Below are positions 51,002-61,693 of a stretch of 64,000 nt of DNA, piece by piece (the first letter of the stretch is position 1; each line of letters opens with the position of its first letter). Where the stretch lies: contig NZ_CANNDS010000006.1 in the NCBI RefSeq assembly GCF_947503415.1, positions 10,562 to 74,561 on the forward strand, read 5' to 3'. Below the pieces are notes generated by a model. That model saw only the letters and a list, made by a program, of their open reading frames with translations. It was not told where the DNA came from and searched no databases. Position numbers and translations under genes: made by a program. Source of the DNA: an uncultured Tateyamaria sp. GTDB lineage: Bacteria; Pseudomonadota; Alphaproteobacteria; Rhodobacterales; Rhodobacteraceae.

Positions 51002-52473
51002 AAGATCGCCTCGACCGCGTGCCGTGCGGAGAGGGTCGCCATCGGCACGCCCGCGCCCGGATGCGTTCCGCCCCCCGCCAGGTACAGGTTCGGGATCGGC
51101 GTTCGGGCTGTAGGTCTTTGCAGGGCGGCTGTCAGCCCGTGCGGTGTCTGCCCGTAAAGCGCGCCGAGACTTGCCGGAAACATCCGACCGAACGCTTGGG
51201 GCGTCGTTACTGTCGTCGTATCCGGGGTCGGGCTGAAACTCACCCCGTGCGCCGCCATCTGCTGCGTGATCTGATGAAGCCATGAAGAGAGGTCCTCTGG
51301 GGGTGCGTCTGCTGTTGCCGGTGCATTGGTGATAATCTCGAACCGTTCGAGTGCGGGTGGGGCCGTGCCCTGGCCGCGGTCGAGGGCGCAGATGTAGAAG
51401 CTTGGGGTTTCGGGCACACGCCCGGCCATGAGGTCGCGAAACTCCGATTGGGCATCTGCGGCGAAGAACACGTTGTGATGCGCGAGGTCGGGGCCCTGCG
51501 CTTTGGCGGCAAAGCTGAGCACCCGCGCCGAGAAGCTGCGTTTGGCGCGTCTCGTTTGCCGCGCGATGGGCCGGGTGGCCGCACCAAATTCACCCGTGGC
51601 CAGCGCCCGAGGGTCGCCTGCGTGCACCAGCACATCACAGGGCAGGCGGGTGCCGTCCCTCAATTCGATGCCCGTGGCGTGCCCGTTCCGGATCTCGATC
51701 TCTTCGACATGCGCGTTTGTGACGGTGTCCACGCCATGGCTGTCCAGCACATGCAACAGGGCTTGCGTCAGCTTGTGCATGCCGCCCTGAACCACCCAGA
51801 CGCCGTTCGCTTCGGCCTGCCAGATCAGCGACAGGATGGCGGGGGCGTGGGTGGGGCTGCCGCCGACATAGGTGGCGTAGCGCCCGAAGAGTTGCTGCAG
51901 CCTTGGGTCCCTGAAGCTGCGTTTGAGCAGGGATTTCAGCGTGGAAAGCGGTGCCATGGCCGGAATCAGGTGCGGTTGTTTCAGCACGTGTTGCGTGAGT
52001 GCCAGCAAGCGCGGTTCGGGTGCTTGCATCATCGGCGCGTCGAACGCGGTAAACAGCTGGCGGGTGCGTTTGGTGAACTTGAGGAAGTCGGTGGCTGCCT
52101 CGTTCCCGCCGAAGGCCCGAAGCGCGCCCACATTGCTGTCTTCGTCTACGTAGAGACTGAGTTGGCTGCCGTCGGGCCAGAAATGGCGTGCCAGTTCGTT
52201 CTGTTTGATAAGCGTGACGTGGTCTTCGAGCCGTGTGCCCAGTTGTGCGAACAGGTCGTCAAAGACGTGCCGCATCGTCAGCACTGTGGGTCCTGCGTCG
52301 ATGGGCCCTGCGTCGGACGGGATGGTGCGGATCTTGCCACCCACCTGCGCGTGCCGTTCCAGCAGCGTCACCGCATAGCCTGCCGCCCGCAGCCGGACCG
52401 CGCAGGCCAGACCGGCGATGCCCGCACCGATGATCACGGCGCGTTGCGGGGCAGGGGATGTGACGTGGGTCAT
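50935..52473 (-). CDS. crtD: methoxyneurosporene/hydroxyneurosporene desaturase
   Basis: Trimmed to MTHVTSPAPQRAVIIGAGIAGLACA (FAD motif), 512 aa. Confidence 0.92.
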   Translation of the reverse strand: MTHVTSPAPQRAVIIGAGIAGLACAVRLRAAGYAVTLLERHAQVGGKIRTIPSDAGPIDAGPTVLTMRHVFDDLFAQLGTRLEDHVTLIKQNELARHFWPDGSQLSLYVDEDSNVGALRAFGGNEAATDFLKFTKRTRQLFTAFDAPMMQAPEPRLLALTQHVLKQPHLIPAMAPLSTLKSLLKRSFRDPRLQQLFGRYATYVGGSPTHAPAILSLIWQAEANGVWVVQGGMHKLTQALLHVLDSHGVDTVTNAHVEEIEIRNGHATGIELRDGTRLPCDVLVHAGDPRALATGEFGAATRPIARQTRRAKRSFSARVLSFAAKAQGPDLAHHNVFFAADAQSEFRDLMAGRVPETPSFYICALDRGQGTAPPALERFEIITNAPATADAPPEDLSSWLHQITQQMAAHGVSFSPTPDTTTVTTPQAFGRMFPASLGALYGQTPHGLTAALQRPTARTPIPNLYLAGGGTHPGAGVPMATLSARHAVEAILSDQTSASTSGQMATRGGMSTA

Positions 52474-52503
52474 GGCGGGAATATTGACTCGTGACAGTTG
52501 ATG

Positions 52504-52521
52504 TGTCCAGTATGGTTTACA
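52504..52521. promoter_or_regulatory. TGT-N12-ACA (PpsR-type) operator, crtD/crtE divergent region
   Basis: TGTCCAGTATGGTTTACA. Confidence 0.7.
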
Positions 52522-52527
52522 CTTTGG

Positions 52528-52545
52528 TGTATGCCAAACGTGACA
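52528..52545. promoter_or_regulatory. TGT-N12-ACA (PpsR-type) operator, second of tandem pair
   Basis: TGTATGCCAAACGTGACA, 6 bp after the first site. Confidence 0.7.
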
Positions 52546-52569
52546 ATTATCCCAAGGGGAGCGACGCGC

Positions 52570-53451
52570 ATGGGCCTGAATACACGCATCGAAGCCGCGA
52601 TTGCCGAGGCTGTGGCGGTTGGTCAGGGCGCGGGTCGGGCGACGCCGCCAAAGCTGGCAAGTGCCCTGCACTACGCGACCGCACCGGGTGGGGCACGCAT
52701 ACGGCCCACGATTCTGATGTCCGTTGCACTGGCCTGTGGCGATGACCGCCCGGCCGTGTCGAATGCGGCGGCGTCCGCGCTGGAGATGATACATTGCGCG
52801 TCACTGGTGCACGACGATCTGCCCTGTTTTGACGATGCGGATATGCGTCGCGGCAAACCTTCGGTGCACAAAGCCTATTCCGAACCGCTTGCCGTGCTGG
52901 CGGGCGACAGTCTGATTGTGCTGGCCTTCGAGACGCTGGCGCGCCAGTCGGGTCTTGCGCCCGAGCGGGTGGCGCAGTTGATCATCACGCTTGCGCAGCG
53001 CACGGGCATGCCCGGTGGCATCTGCGCGGGGCAGGGATGGGAGAGCGAGGATCAGGTTGATCTGTCTGCCTACCATCAGGCGAAGACGGGTGCCTTGTTC
53101 ATTGCTGCCACGCAGATGGGTGCTGTGGCGGCGGGGCAGGATGCGGAGCCTTGGTTTGAACTGGGCGACCGGATTGGGGAAGCCTTTCAGGTGGCCGACG
53201 ATCTGCGCGATGCGCTTTATGACGAGAGTACCTTGGGCAAGCCTGCGGGTCAGGATGATCTGCACGGACGGCCCAATGCGGTGACGCAACTGGGCGTGCA
53301 GGGCGCGATCAGCCGTCTCAAGGATATTCTGGGCGGTGCGATCGCGTCGATCCCAAGTTGCCCCGGCGAGGCGCAGTTGGCCGAGATGGTGCGGATGTAC
53401 GCGGAGCGGTTGACGCCTGTTGTGTCCCCCTCCCGTGTGCCTGGCGAATGA
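52570..53451 (+). CDS. crtE: geranylgeranyl diphosphate synthase
   Basis: Trimmed to MGLNTRIEAAI. It has LVHDDLPCFDDADMRRG and the second DDxxD (FQVADDLRD). Confidence 0.92.
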   Translation: MGLNTRIEAAIAEAVAVGQGAGRATPPKLASALHYATAPGGARIRPTILMSVALACGDDRPAVSNAAASALEMIHCASLVHDDLPCFDDADMRRGKPSVHKAYSEPLAVLAGDSLIVLAFETLARQSGLAPERVAQLIITLAQRTGMPGGICAGQGWESEDQVDLSAYHQAKTGALFIAATQMGAVAAGQDAEPWFELGDRIGEAFQVADDLRDALYDESTLGKPAGQDDLHGRPNAVTQLGVQGAISRLKDILGGAIASIPSCPGEAQLAEMVRMYAERLTPVVSPSRVPGE

Positions 53452-54563
53452 GCGCAGAGGCGCATGATCTGCCTGGATGGCGTGGCAGTTGGTTGAACCG
53501 TCTGATCGCGCGGCCCGGGTTTCAAAGCTGGGCCAGCAAGTTTCCACTCACGCGATCACGGGCGCGGGCCGATGGGGCCGCGCTGTTCGATGTTGTGCAG
53601 GGGTTTGTCCAAAGTCAGGTGCTGATGGCGCTGGTCGAACTGGACCTGTTCCGGCGTCTGCGCGCGGGGCCGCAAAGTGCGGAGATGCTTGGGCGGGCCT
53701 GTGATGTGCCCGAGGATCGGATGCAGGTGTTGTTGCAGGCCGGGGCGGCCCTTGGATTGCTCAAGCGCAAGCGCGACCGGTTCAGCCTTGCCCGCAAGGG
53801 GGCGGCGCTGATGGGCGTGCCGGGGCTGGAGGCGATGATCCGGCATCACAAGGCATTCTATGAGGACCTGCGTGATCCGGTGGCGTTGCTGCGCAAACCG
53901 GACGAGACCAAGCTGAGCCAGTTCTGGCCCTATGTCTTTGGTGGCGATGTGGATGCGGGTGATGCCGCGATCTATTCCGACCTGATGGCACAGAGCCAGC
54001 GGTTGGTGGCCGAGGATACGTTGCGGGCCGTGTCGCTGAAAGGTGTGCAGCATCTGCTGGATATCGGTGGTGGCACCGGTGCCTTTCTGGAAGCGGCGGG
54101 CCACGCCAAACGCGCGATGGCCATGACCCTCTTTGATCTGCCGCCTGTCGTGCCCGATGCGCAGGCGCGGTTCGATGCGGCGGGTATGGCGGATCGGGTC
54201 AATATCGTGCCGGGATCGTTCCGCGAGGATGCGTTGCCCGAGGGCGCTGATGCGATTTCGCTGATCCGCGTTCTCTATGATCACTCCGACGACACCGTGC
54301 GCGCCCTGTTGGCAAAGGTGTATGACGCATTGCCCCCCGGCGGGCGGCTGATCGTGTCCGAGCCGATGGGCGGTGGCCCGCGGCCTGACAAGGCAGGCGA
54401 TGTGTATTTCGCCTTCTACACGATGGCGATGCAGACAGGCCGGGCCCGATCTGCTGACGAGATCGGTGCGCTGTTGACCGAAGCGGGCTTTGCCGACGTG
54501 CGCAGCCCGGCACCGGCACGGGCCTATGTGACCCGCGTTTTGACGGCTGTGCGTCCAACCTGA
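53448..54563 (+). CDS. crtF: demethylspheroidene O-methyltransferase
   Basis: ATGA overlap with crtE. It has the SAM motif LLDIGGGTG. Confidence 0.9.
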   Translation: MSAEAHDLPGWRGSWLNRLIARPGFQSWASKFPLTRSRARADGAALFDVVQGFVQSQVLMALVELDLFRRLRAGPQSAEMLGRACDVPEDRMQVLLQAGAALGLLKRKRDRFSLARKGAALMGVPGLEAMIRHHKAFYEDLRDPVALLRKPDETKLSQFWPYVFGGDVDAGDAAIYSDLMAQSQRLVAEDTLRAVSLKGVQHLLDIGGGTGAFLEAAGHAKRAMAMTLFDLPPVVPDAQARFDAAGMADRVNIVPGSFREDALPEGADAISLIRVLYDHSDDTVRALLAKVYDALPPGGRLIVSEPMGGGPRPDKAGDVYFAFYTMAMQTGRARSADEIGALLTEAGFADVRSPAPARAYVTRVLTAVRPT

Positions 54564-54575
54564 TTTACAGGAAAG

Positions 54576-54593
54576 TGTCTAATCTGATTGACA
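54576..54593. promoter_or_regulatory. TGT-N12-ACA (PpsR-type) operator upstream of bchC
   Basis: TGTCTAATCTGATTGACA. Confidence 0.7.
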
Positions 54594-54601
54594 CACTGAG
54601 T

Positions 54602-54619
54602 TGTCCACTTAGAATGACA
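54602..54619. promoter_or_regulatory. TGT-N12-ACA (PpsR-type) operator, second of tandem pair upstream of bchC
   Basis: TGTCCACTTAGAATGACA, 8 bp after the first site. Confidence 0.7.
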
Positions 54620-54695
54620 CCAAGCAACAAAGTGCTGCCCTGAGTCTCTATCTTCGAAACTTTGGCAATCGCGGCACAGGAACAAGGAGACGATC

Positions 54696-55631
54696 TTGGA
54701 CACTTCCGCCGTCCTTCTCAAAGGTCCAAGGGATCTGGATGTGGACACGCTGGCGCTGACCGCGCCGGGGGCGGGTGATCTGGTTGTCGAAGTGACGCAT
54801 TCGGGGATTTCGACCGGAACGGAAAAGCTGTTCTGGTCAGGCGAGATGCCCCCCTTTCCCGGCATGGGCTATCCTCTGGTCCCCGGCTATGAGGCTGCGG
54901 GCGAGGTCGTCGAGGCCGGAGTGCTGACGGGCTTCAAACCGGGCGACCGGGTGTTCGTGCCCGGATCGAATTGTTTCGAAGATGCGTATGGGTTGTTTGG
55001 CGGGGCCGCGAAAACGCTGGTCACCGACAGCGCCCGTGTGACGCGAATTGATCCGCAGCTGGGTGCCGAGGGTGCGCTGCTGGCTTTGGCCGCGACGGCC
55101 CGTCACGCGATGGCCGGGATGAACAAGGCTGTGCCGGACCTGATTGTGGGCCACGGTGTGCTGGGCCGCTTGCTGGCCCGGTTGACCATCGCCTCGGGTG
55201 CGCCTGCGCCGAAGGTGTGGGAGATTGACCCGGCCCGCCGGACCGGCGCGCAGGGCTATGAGGTTGTGCATCCGGATGATGACGCGCGTCGCGACTACCG
55301 GTCGATCTATGACGCGTCGGGTCGGGGTGATCTGCTGAACGATCTGGTGGGCCGTATCGCCAAGGGCGGCGAGGTTGTGCTGGCCGGGTTTTATTCCGCG
55401 CCCCTGTCCTTTGCCTTTCCACCTGCCTTCATGAAAGAGGCGCGTTTCCGCGTGGCCGCTGAATGGACCCGCGAGGATCTGGCCGCGACCCGTGCGCTGG
55501 TCGAATGCGGTGCGCTGCGGCTGGACGGGCTGATCACACATACACGGCCCGCGGCGGATGCGCGTGCGGCCTACGAACAGGCATTCACCGATGGGGCCTG
55601 CCTGAAAATGATTTTGGATTGGGAGCACTGA
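54696..55631 (+). CDS. bchC: bacteriochlorophyllide a dehydrogenase
   Basis: 311 aa, MDR/zinc-ADH-like. The TTG start is preceded by AAGGAGA. Confidence 0.9.
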   Translation: MDTSAVLLKGPRDLDVDTLALTAPGAGDLVVEVTHSGISTGTEKLFWSGEMPPFPGMGYPLVPGYEAAGEVVEAGVLTGFKPGDRVFVPGSNCFEDAYGLFGGAAKTLVTDSARVTRIDPQLGAEGALLALAATARHAMAGMNKAVPDLIVGHGVLGRLLARLTIASGAPAPKVWEIDPARRTGAQGYEVVHPDDDARRDYRSIYDASGRGDLLNDLVGRIAKGGEVVLAGFYSAPLSFAFPPAFMKEARFRVAAEWTREDLAATRALVECGALRLDGLITHTRPAADARAAYEQAFTDGACLKMILDWEH

Positions 55632-55634
55632 GCC

Positions 55635-56636
55635 ATGAAAGATGAAGTTCCTAATCTCAAGGATTTTGACCAGCGCCTGAAGGACGAGGCCAACGAAGAT
55701 CTGGCCGACGTGCTGCCGCAAGAGGCCACGAAGGACACGCAGATCATCGCGATCTACGGCAAGGGTGGCATCGGCAAGTCGTTCACGTTGGCCAACCTGA
55801 GCCACATGATGGCCGAGCAGGGCAAGCGTGTGTTGCTCATCGGCTGTGATCCGAAGTCGGACACCACCAGCCTGCTGTTTGGTGGCAAGGCGTGTCCCAC
55901 CATCATCGAAACATCCACGAAGAAGAAGCTGGCCGGTGAAGAGGTCGCCATTGGCGACGTGTGCTTCAAGCGCGGCGGCGTGTTTGCAATGGAGCTTGGT
56001 GGCCCGGAAGTGGGTCGCGGCTGCGGTGGCCGGGGGATTATCCATGGCTTTGAACTCCTCGAAAAGCTTGGCTTCCACGATTGGGATTTCGACTATGTCC
56101 TCTTGGATTTTCTCGGAGATGTGGTCTGTGGCGGTTTCGGCCTGCCCATCGCGCGGGACATGGCTCAGAAAGTGATCCTGGTCGCGTCGAACGATTTGCA
56201 GTCGCTTTACGTGGCCAACAACGTGTGTTCCGCCGTTGAGTATTTCCGCAAGCTGGGTGGCAATGTCGGCGTGGCCGGATTGGTCATCAACAAGGATGAC
56301 GGGTCGGGCGAGGCGCAGGCCTTTGCCGAAGCCGTGGACATTCCGGTGCTTGCGTCGATCCCGCAGGATGATGACCTGCGCAAGAAATCCGCCAACTATC
56401 AGATTGTCGGCACGGACGCGTCCCAATGGGGTGCCCTGTTTGCAGAGCTGGGCGAGAACGTCGCCGTGGCACCACCTGTGCGTCCGGCCCCTTTGAGCCA
56501 GGATGGGTTGCTGGAACTGTTTGACGGGTCCGAGACGGGTGCCGGTGTCACGTTGGAGCCTGCGACCGACATGGACATGCGCGGCAAGAACGCGGCACCG
56601 AAGGAATCGCTGGAGGTGGTCTATGACGACGCCTAA
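55635..56636 (+). CDS. bchX: chlorophyllide a reductase iron protein subunit X
   Basis: 333 aa with [14 protein letters not shown], NifH-like. Confidence 0.95.
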   Translation: MKDEVPNLKDFDQRLKDEANEDLADVLPQEATKDTQIIAIYGKGGIGKSFTLANLSHMMAEQGKRVLLIGCDPKSDTTSLLFGGKACPTIIETSTKKKLAGEEVAIGDVCFKRGGVFAMELGGPEVGRGCGGRGIIHGFELLEKLGFHDWDFDYVLLDFLGDVVCGGFGLPIARDMAQKVILVASNDLQSLYVANNVCSAVEYFRKLGGNVGVAGLVINKDDGSGEAQAFAEAVDIPVLASIPQDDDLRKKSANYQIVGTDASQWGALFAELGENVAVAPPVRPAPLSQDGLLELFDGSETGAGVTLEPATDMDMRGKNAAPKESLEVVYDDA

Positions 56637-56799
56637 GCGCCTTTCCAGCGAAGAGTTGCGTGCGCTGAGCGAGAAGGTCGCCGTGCACAGTTCCGAGGCC
56701 GTTGCCCTGTCTCAGCAGACCCGCGCGCAGGCGGATGTGCTGCGCGCCCAATCTGCGGGTCGCGATGTGACATTGCCCCCGGCGGGTGACGACACGTGA
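56623..56799 (+). CDS. small hypothetical ORF (58 aa) filling the bchX-bchY gap
   Basis: [58 protein letters not shown]. The ATG lies 14 nt inside the bchX end, the stop overlaps the bchY GTG (GTGA), and the third codon position is GC-rich as in neighbouring genes. Confidence 0.35.
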   Translation: MTTPKRLSSEELRALSEKVAVHSSEAVALSQQTRAQADVLRAQSAGRDVTLPPAGDDT

Positions 56800-58364
56800 G
56801 CACCAAGGTCACATACGACGCCGCCGATGAGGTGGAGGTGACCAAGGGCCACCCGCGCGAGGCCGAGTTGCCCAGCGTCGAGGCCCCTGTGGACGGTCTG
56901 GGATGTCATTCCGGGTCCGAGATGGAAAAGGCCGCGCGTATGGCCGGCAACTCCGAAATGCTCGACAAGTTTGCGGAAGATTACCCGCAAGGACCACATG
57001 ACAAGCCGCAGAGCATGTGCCCGGCCTTTGGGTCGTTGCGTGTGGGTCTGCGGATGCGCCGGGTGGCGACTGTTCTTAGTGGCTCGGCCTGCTGTGTCTA
57101 TGGGCTGACCTTTGTGAGCCACTTCTACGGGGCGCGGCGGTCGGTGGGCTATGTGCCCTTCAATTCCGAAACATTGGTGACGGGCAAGCTGTTCGAGGAC
57201 ATTCGCGAGTCTGTTCATGATCTGGCCGACCCTGACAAATACGACGCCATTGTGGTGACGAACCTGTGTGTGCCGACCGCGTCCGGCGTGCCGCTGCGGC
57301 TGCTGCCGGATGAGATCAATGGCGTGCGGATCGTGGGCATCGACGTGCCCGGGTTTGGTATTCCCACACATGCCGAGGCCAAGGATGTTCTGGCCGGAGC
57401 GATGCTGAAATACGCACGCGAAGAGGTCGAGGCCGGACCGGTTGCTGCCCCTGTGGGTGGCAAGTCGGATCGCCCGACCGTGGCGCTGCTGGGCGAGATG
57501 TTCCCGGCGGACCCGATGATGATCGGTCAGATGCTGGCGCCTTTGGGTCTGGCGGCAGGGCCCGTGGTGCCGTGCCGGGAATGGCGTGAATTGTATGCTG
57601 CTTTGGACAGTTCTGTCGTGGCGGCGGTGCATCCGTTTTACACTGCGGCCGTGCGCGAGTTTCAGGCGGCTGGTCGGCCCGTTGTCGGATCGGCCCCCGT
57701 GGGACGCGATGGCACGGCGGAGTGGCTGAAGAATATCGGCGCGGCCTTTGGGTGCAGCGCCGAGCAAGTGGCCGAGGCGCAGAACGCTGTCCTCCCGGCG
57801 ATTTCTGGTGCCTTGGCTGCGACACAGATCAAGGGGACCATCACGCTGTCGGGCTATGAAGGGTCCGAGTTGCTGGTCGCCCGTCTGCTGATCGAAAGTG
57901 GGGCAGAGGTGCCGTATGTAGGCACCGCCTGTCCGCGCACGCCGTGGAATGCGGATGATCAGGCGTGGCTTGAGGCCAAGGGCGTGAAGGTAAAATTCCG
58001 CGCGTCGCTGGAAGATGATTGTGCCGCCATGGAAGCGGTGCAGCCCGATCTGGCCATTGGCACGACGCCCGTGGTGCAGAAGGCGAAAGAGCTGGGCATT
58101 CCCGGTCTCTACTTCACCAACCTGATTTCCGCGCGGCCCCTGATGGGTGTGGCGGGTGCCGGTTCGCTGGCCGAGGTCATCAATGCGGCCATCGCCAACA
58201 AGGGGCGCATGGAGCACATGAAGGCCTTCTTTGAAGGTGTTGGGACCGGTGACACGGCAGGCATCTGGGAAGGCGCGCCGAACCTGCGCCCCGATTTCCG
58301 GGCGCAGAATGCCAAGAAGCTTGAGCGTCAGGCCAAAGCTGCCAAAGCGGCGGAGATGATCTGA
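56796..58364 (+). CDS. bchY: chlorophyllide a reductase subunit Y
   Basis: 522 aa from GTG. It has the conserved blocks [16 protein letters not shown] and [19 protein letters not shown]. The start is uncertain. Confidence 0.92.
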   Translation: MSTKVTYDAADEVEVTKGHPREAELPSVEAPVDGLGCHSGSEMEKAARMAGNSEMLDKFAEDYPQGPHDKPQSMCPAFGSLRVGLRMRRVATVLSGSACCVYGLTFVSHFYGARRSVGYVPFNSETLVTGKLFEDIRESVHDLADPDKYDAIVVTNLCVPTASGVPLRLLPDEINGVRIVGIDVPGFGIPTHAEAKDVLAGAMLKYAREEVEAGPVAAPVGGKSDRPTVALLGEMFPADPMMIGQMLAPLGLAAGPVVPCREWRELYAALDSSVVAAVHPFYTAAVREFQAAGRPVVGSAPVGRDGTAEWLKNIGAAFGCSAEQVAEAQNAVLPAISGALAATQIKGTITLSGYEGSELLVARLLIESGAEVPYVGTACPRTPWNADDQAWLEAKGVKVKFRASLEDDCAAMEAVQPDLAIGTTPVVQKAKELGIPGLYFTNLISARPLMGVAGAGSLAEVINAAIANKGRMEHMKAFFEGVGTGDTAGIWEGAPNLRPDFRAQNAKKLERQAKAAKAAEMI

Positions 58365-58393
58365 TGTTTGTGCGTGTGACATATCATCGGAAC

Positions 58394-58445
58394 GGGGGCC
58401 AGCCCCCACACCCCCGGGATATTTTTGGCCAAGAGAAGCTGGGGG
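58394..58445. repeat. REP-like intercistronic repeat (family copy d) in the bchY-bchZ gap
   Basis: gggggccagcccccacacccccgggatatttttggccaagagaagctggggg. Confidence 0.7.
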
Positions 58446-58452
58446 TGTCCTT

Positions 58453-59943
58453 GTGCTGATCATGGATCATGACCGGGCAGGCGGGTATTGGGGCGCTGTT
58501 TATGCGTTCTGTGCCGTCAAAGGCCTGCAATGTGTGATTGATGGGCCTGTCGGGTGCGAGAACCTGCCGGTGACGTCCGTTTTGCATTACACCGATGCCC
58601 TGCCGCCGCATGAGTTGCCCATCGTGACGACCGGTTTGGGCGAAGAAGAGTTGGGACGCGATGGCACAGAGGGCGCGATGAAGCGCGCCTGGGGCACGCT
58701 TGATCCTGCGCTGCCTGCGGTTGTTGTGACCGGCTCCATTGCCGAGATGATCGGCGGGGGCGTGACCCCCCAAGGCACAAACATTCAGAGGTTCCTGCCG
58801 CGCACCATTGATGAGGATCAGTGGGAGGCGGCGGATCGGGCGATGACCTGGATCTTTACCGAGTTCGGTATGACCAAGGGTCGGATGCCGCCCGAGAAGA
58901 AACGCGAAGAGGGCAGCAAGCCTCGCGTCAATATCCTTGGTCCGATGTATGGCACGTTCAACATGCCATCCGATCTGGCCGAGATCCGCAGGCTGGTCGA
59001 AGGGATCGGCTGCGAGGTCAACATGGTGATGCCCCTGGGCGCGCATGTGGCCGAAATGAGAGATTTGGTAAATGCGGATGTGAACATCTGCATGTACCGC
59101 GAGTTCGGGCGCGGGTTGTGCGAGCTTCTTGCCAAGCCGTATCTACAAGCCCCGATAGGGGTCGAGAGTACCACCAAGTTCCTGCGCGCACTGGGGAGTT
59201 TGGTGGGCCTCGACCCCGAACCTTTTATCGAGCGCGAAAAGCATTCGACGCTCAAGCCTGTGTGGGACCTTTGGCGGTCCGTGACGCAGGATTTCTTTGC
59301 CACGGCGAGCTTTGCCGTTGTGGCCAACGAGACCTATGCCCGCGGCCTGCGTCTGTTTCTTGAGGATGACATGGGCCTGCCCTGCGCCTTCGCGACCGCA
59401 CGGGTGGCAGGCAAGAAGACCAACAACGAGGAAGTGCGCGCCTGGATGGGCCAGAAGCGTCCCCTCGTTGTGTTCGGGTCCATCAATGAGAAGATGTATC
59501 TGGCGGAGTTGAAGGGCGGGCATGGCCCCAGCCCATCGTTTATCCCGGCGTCCTTCCCCGGTGCCGCCATTCGGCGGGCCACGGGGACCCCATTTATGGG
59601 ATATGCGGGGGCCACCTACATCATTCAAGAGGTCTGTAACGGCCTTTTTGACGCCCTGTTTCACATTCTGCCTTTGGCCACCGATATGGATGCCGCCGAG
59701 GCAACACCGACGACCCTGCGCCGCGACTTCCCCTGGGATGCCGATGCGCAGGCCATGCTTGACCGTATTGTCGAGCAGCACCCCATCCTGACCCGGATTT
59801 CTGCGGCAAAAACCTTGCGCGATGCGGCTGAGCAAGCAGCCCTCGCACAAGGGGCAGACCGGGTTGTGATTGAAACCGTGCGCGCACTCGATCCGGCCTT
59901 GGCTGGATCGTCAGACAATGTTTCCGAGGGAGGAACACCATGA
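58453..59943 (+). CDS. bchZ: chlorophyllide a reductase subunit Z
   Basis: 496 aa from GTG (alternative ATG at 58462), with [22 protein letters not shown]. Confidence 0.93.
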   Translation: MLIMDHDRAGGYWGAVYAFCAVKGLQCVIDGPVGCENLPVTSVLHYTDALPPHELPIVTTGLGEEELGRDGTEGAMKRAWGTLDPALPAVVVTGSIAEMIGGGVTPQGTNIQRFLPRTIDEDQWEAADRAMTWIFTEFGMTKGRMPPEKKREEGSKPRVNILGPMYGTFNMPSDLAEIRRLVEGIGCEVNMVMPLGAHVAEMRDLVNADVNICMYREFGRGLCELLAKPYLQAPIGVESTTKFLRALGSLVGLDPEPFIEREKHSTLKPVWDLWRSVTQDFFATASFAVVANETYARGLRLFLEDDMGLPCAFATARVAGKKTNNEEVRAWMGQKRPLVVFGSINEKMYLAELKGGHGPSPSFIPASFPGAAIRRATGTPFMGYAGATYIIQEVCNGLFDALFHILPLATDMDAAEATPTTLRRDFPWDADAQAMLDRIVEQHPILTRISAAKTLRDAAEQAALAQGADRVVIETVRALDPALAGSSDNVSEGGTP

Positions 59944-60167
59944 CTGACATGACGTCGAACCTGGCCACCGAGGCCCCGAAGAAGCGTAACGGAGAGAAGA
60001 CCGAGTTCATGGTCTATTTCGCGATCATCTTTGTGGCGACGCTGCCTCTGGCCTGCCTGACCTGGGCGCTGGCCGCGATCAAGTCGCGTTCGTTCACGGA
60101 CAAGGGCCCGATGGCCCGGGCCTGGACCCAAGCGCGGATCATCACGCCGATGATCTTCAACGCTTGA
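59940..60167 (+). CDS. pufQ: PufQ
   Basis: 75 aa with a single TM ([25 protein letters not shown]). It has an ATGA overlap with bchZ, the canonical position. Confidence 0.85.
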   Translation: MTDMTSNLATEAPKKRNGEKTEFMVYFAIIFVATLPLACLTWALAAIKSRSFTDKGPMARAWTQARIITPMIFNA

Positions 60168-60356
60168 GATCCAAGCAGACATATCTTTTGACGGGCCCGC
60201 TTTCGAGCGCGCTCGTGAGTTCTCTCGGCCTGTGTGCGCCTGCCGAGACCCAAGACTGTACGCTTGGCAACAGGTGGACAGAGCCCGGAGGGGGCGACCC
60301 CAAAGGACCCGGCCGCGGGGTGCGCGGCGTCAGCACTGAATTCCGGAGGAATTACT

Positions 60357-60512
60357 ATGGCTGAAAACCTGTCTTTTACAGGTCTCACAGACGAGCAGGC
60401 GCAAGAGCTGCACGCTGTCTATATGAGCGGGCTCTGGCTTTTCACAGCCGTGGCTGTTGTCGCTCACTTGGCAACGTACATCTGGCGTCCCTGGTTCGCG
60501 AACGGTTGGTAG
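60357..60512 (+). CDS. pufB: LH1 beta polypeptide
   Basis: [47 protein letters not shown], with GGAGG upstream. Confidence 0.92.
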   Translation: MAENLSFTGLTDEQAQELHAVYMSGLWLFTAVAVVAHLATYIWRPWFANGW

Positions 60513-60521
60513 GGATATCAC

Positions 60522-60680
60522 ATGGCAAAGTTCTACAAGATCTGGCTCATTTTTGATCCCCGCCGCGTGTTTGTCGCACAAGGCGTCTTTCTGTTCCTGC
60601 TTGCGGCGATGATTCACCTCGTCCTGCTGAGCACGGAGCACTTCAACTGGTTCGAACTGGCCGGCCAAGCCGCACAGTAA
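60522..60680 (+). CDS. pufA: LH1 alpha polypeptide
   Basis: My own translation: [52 protein letters not shown] (52 aa). It is below the ORF-track size cutoff. Confidence 0.92.
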   Translation: MAKFYKIWLIFDPRRVFVAQGVFLFLLAAMIHLVLLSTEHFNWFELAGQAAQ

Positions 60681-60708
60681 GACCCGGTCCGAAGGGATCA
60701 CAAAACAG

Positions 60709-60750
60709 CGCTGCGGGCGGGGCGACAGTGCGCCCCCGCCTGCCCGCAGC
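60709..60750 (+). other. intercistronic GC-rich hairpin between pufA and pufL
   Basis: GCTGCGGGCGGGGCG-acagtg-CGCCCCCGCCTGCCCGCAGC (bulged stem). It is analogous in position to the Rhodobacter pufA-pufL mRNA-stabilising hairpins. Confidence 0.6.
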
Positions 60751-60824
60751 AAACGACTTTTGACACTATCAAGACGGCTGACGACCCCCGGGAGGGCCGC
60801 GCCGCCAAACGCGGAGAAGAGAAG

Positions 60825-61688
60825 ATGGCGTTGCTATCCTTCGAACGAAAGTATCGCGTCCGCGGAGGGACGCTGATCGGCGGCGATCTGTTCGACTTCT
60901 GGGTGGGCCCGTTCTACGTGGGCTTTTTCGGGGTCACGACTGCCTTTTTCGCCCTTCTGGGCACAGTGCTGATTTTCTGGGGCGCGTCGCAACAGGGCAC
61001 CTTCAATCCATGGCTGATCAACATTGCCCCGCCGGACCTGAGTTACGGTCTGGGCATGGCGCCCCTGCTGGAAGGCGGGCTGTGGCAGATCATCACGATC
61101 TGTGCCACCGGTGCCTTCATCAGCTGGGCCCTGCGTGAGGTTGAAATTTGCCGCAAGCTGGGCATGGGATATCACGTGCCCATCGGCTTTGGCTTTGCCA
61201 TTCTGGCCTATGTCACGCTGGTCATCTTCCGCCCCTTCCTGATGGGCGCGTGGGGGCATGGTTTTCCATACGGGATCTTCAGCCACCTCGATTGGGTGAG
61301 CAACACCGGCTACGCGTACCTGCACTTCCACTACAACCCGGCGCACATGCTGGCCGTCACGTTGTTCTTTACGACGACGCTGGCGCTGGCGCTGCACGGC
61401 GCGCTGATCCTGTCGGCGGCCAATCCCGAAGAGGGCAGCGAGGCGCTGACACCTGATCACGAGGACACGTTCTTTCGCGACTTCATCGGGTATTCCATCG
61501 GCACGCTGGGCATTCACCGCTTGGGCTGGTTGCTGGCCATCAACGCGGTTTTCTTCTCTGCCGTCTGCATCATCATCTCCGGTCCCGTCTGGACATCCGG
61601 CTGGCCCGAATGGTGGAACTGGTGGCTGAACCTGCCGATCTGGGGCGCTGATCCGCTTCCCGTCTATCAATCCGGCTTTGGGGGGTAA
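60825..61688 (+). CDS. pufL: photosynthetic reaction centre L subunit
   Basis: 287 aa, [36 protein letters not shown]. Confidence 0.96.
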   Translation: MALLSFERKYRVRGGTLIGGDLFDFWVGPFYVGFFGVTTAFFALLGTVLIFWGASQQGTFNPWLINIAPPDLSYGLGMAPLLEGGLWQIITICATGAFISWALREVEICRKLGMGYHVPIGFGFAILAYVTLVIFRPFLMGAWGHGFPYGIFSHLDWVSNTGYAYLHFHYNPAHMLAVTLFFTTTLALALHGALILSAANPEEGSEALTPDHEDTFFRDFIGYSIGTLGIHRLGWLLAINAVFFSAVCIIISGPVWTSGWPEWWNWWLNLPIWGADPLPVYQSGFGG

Positions 61689-61693
61689 GGGAT

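Noticed and set aside
51002-51283. Long N-terminal extension giving a 405-aa CrtC
   Set aside because: The extension is low-complexity (Arg/Asp/Gly/Ala-rich) and lies entirely out of frame inside crtD, so it is probably not genuine coding sequence. I kept it only as one possibility in the crtC start-codon finding.
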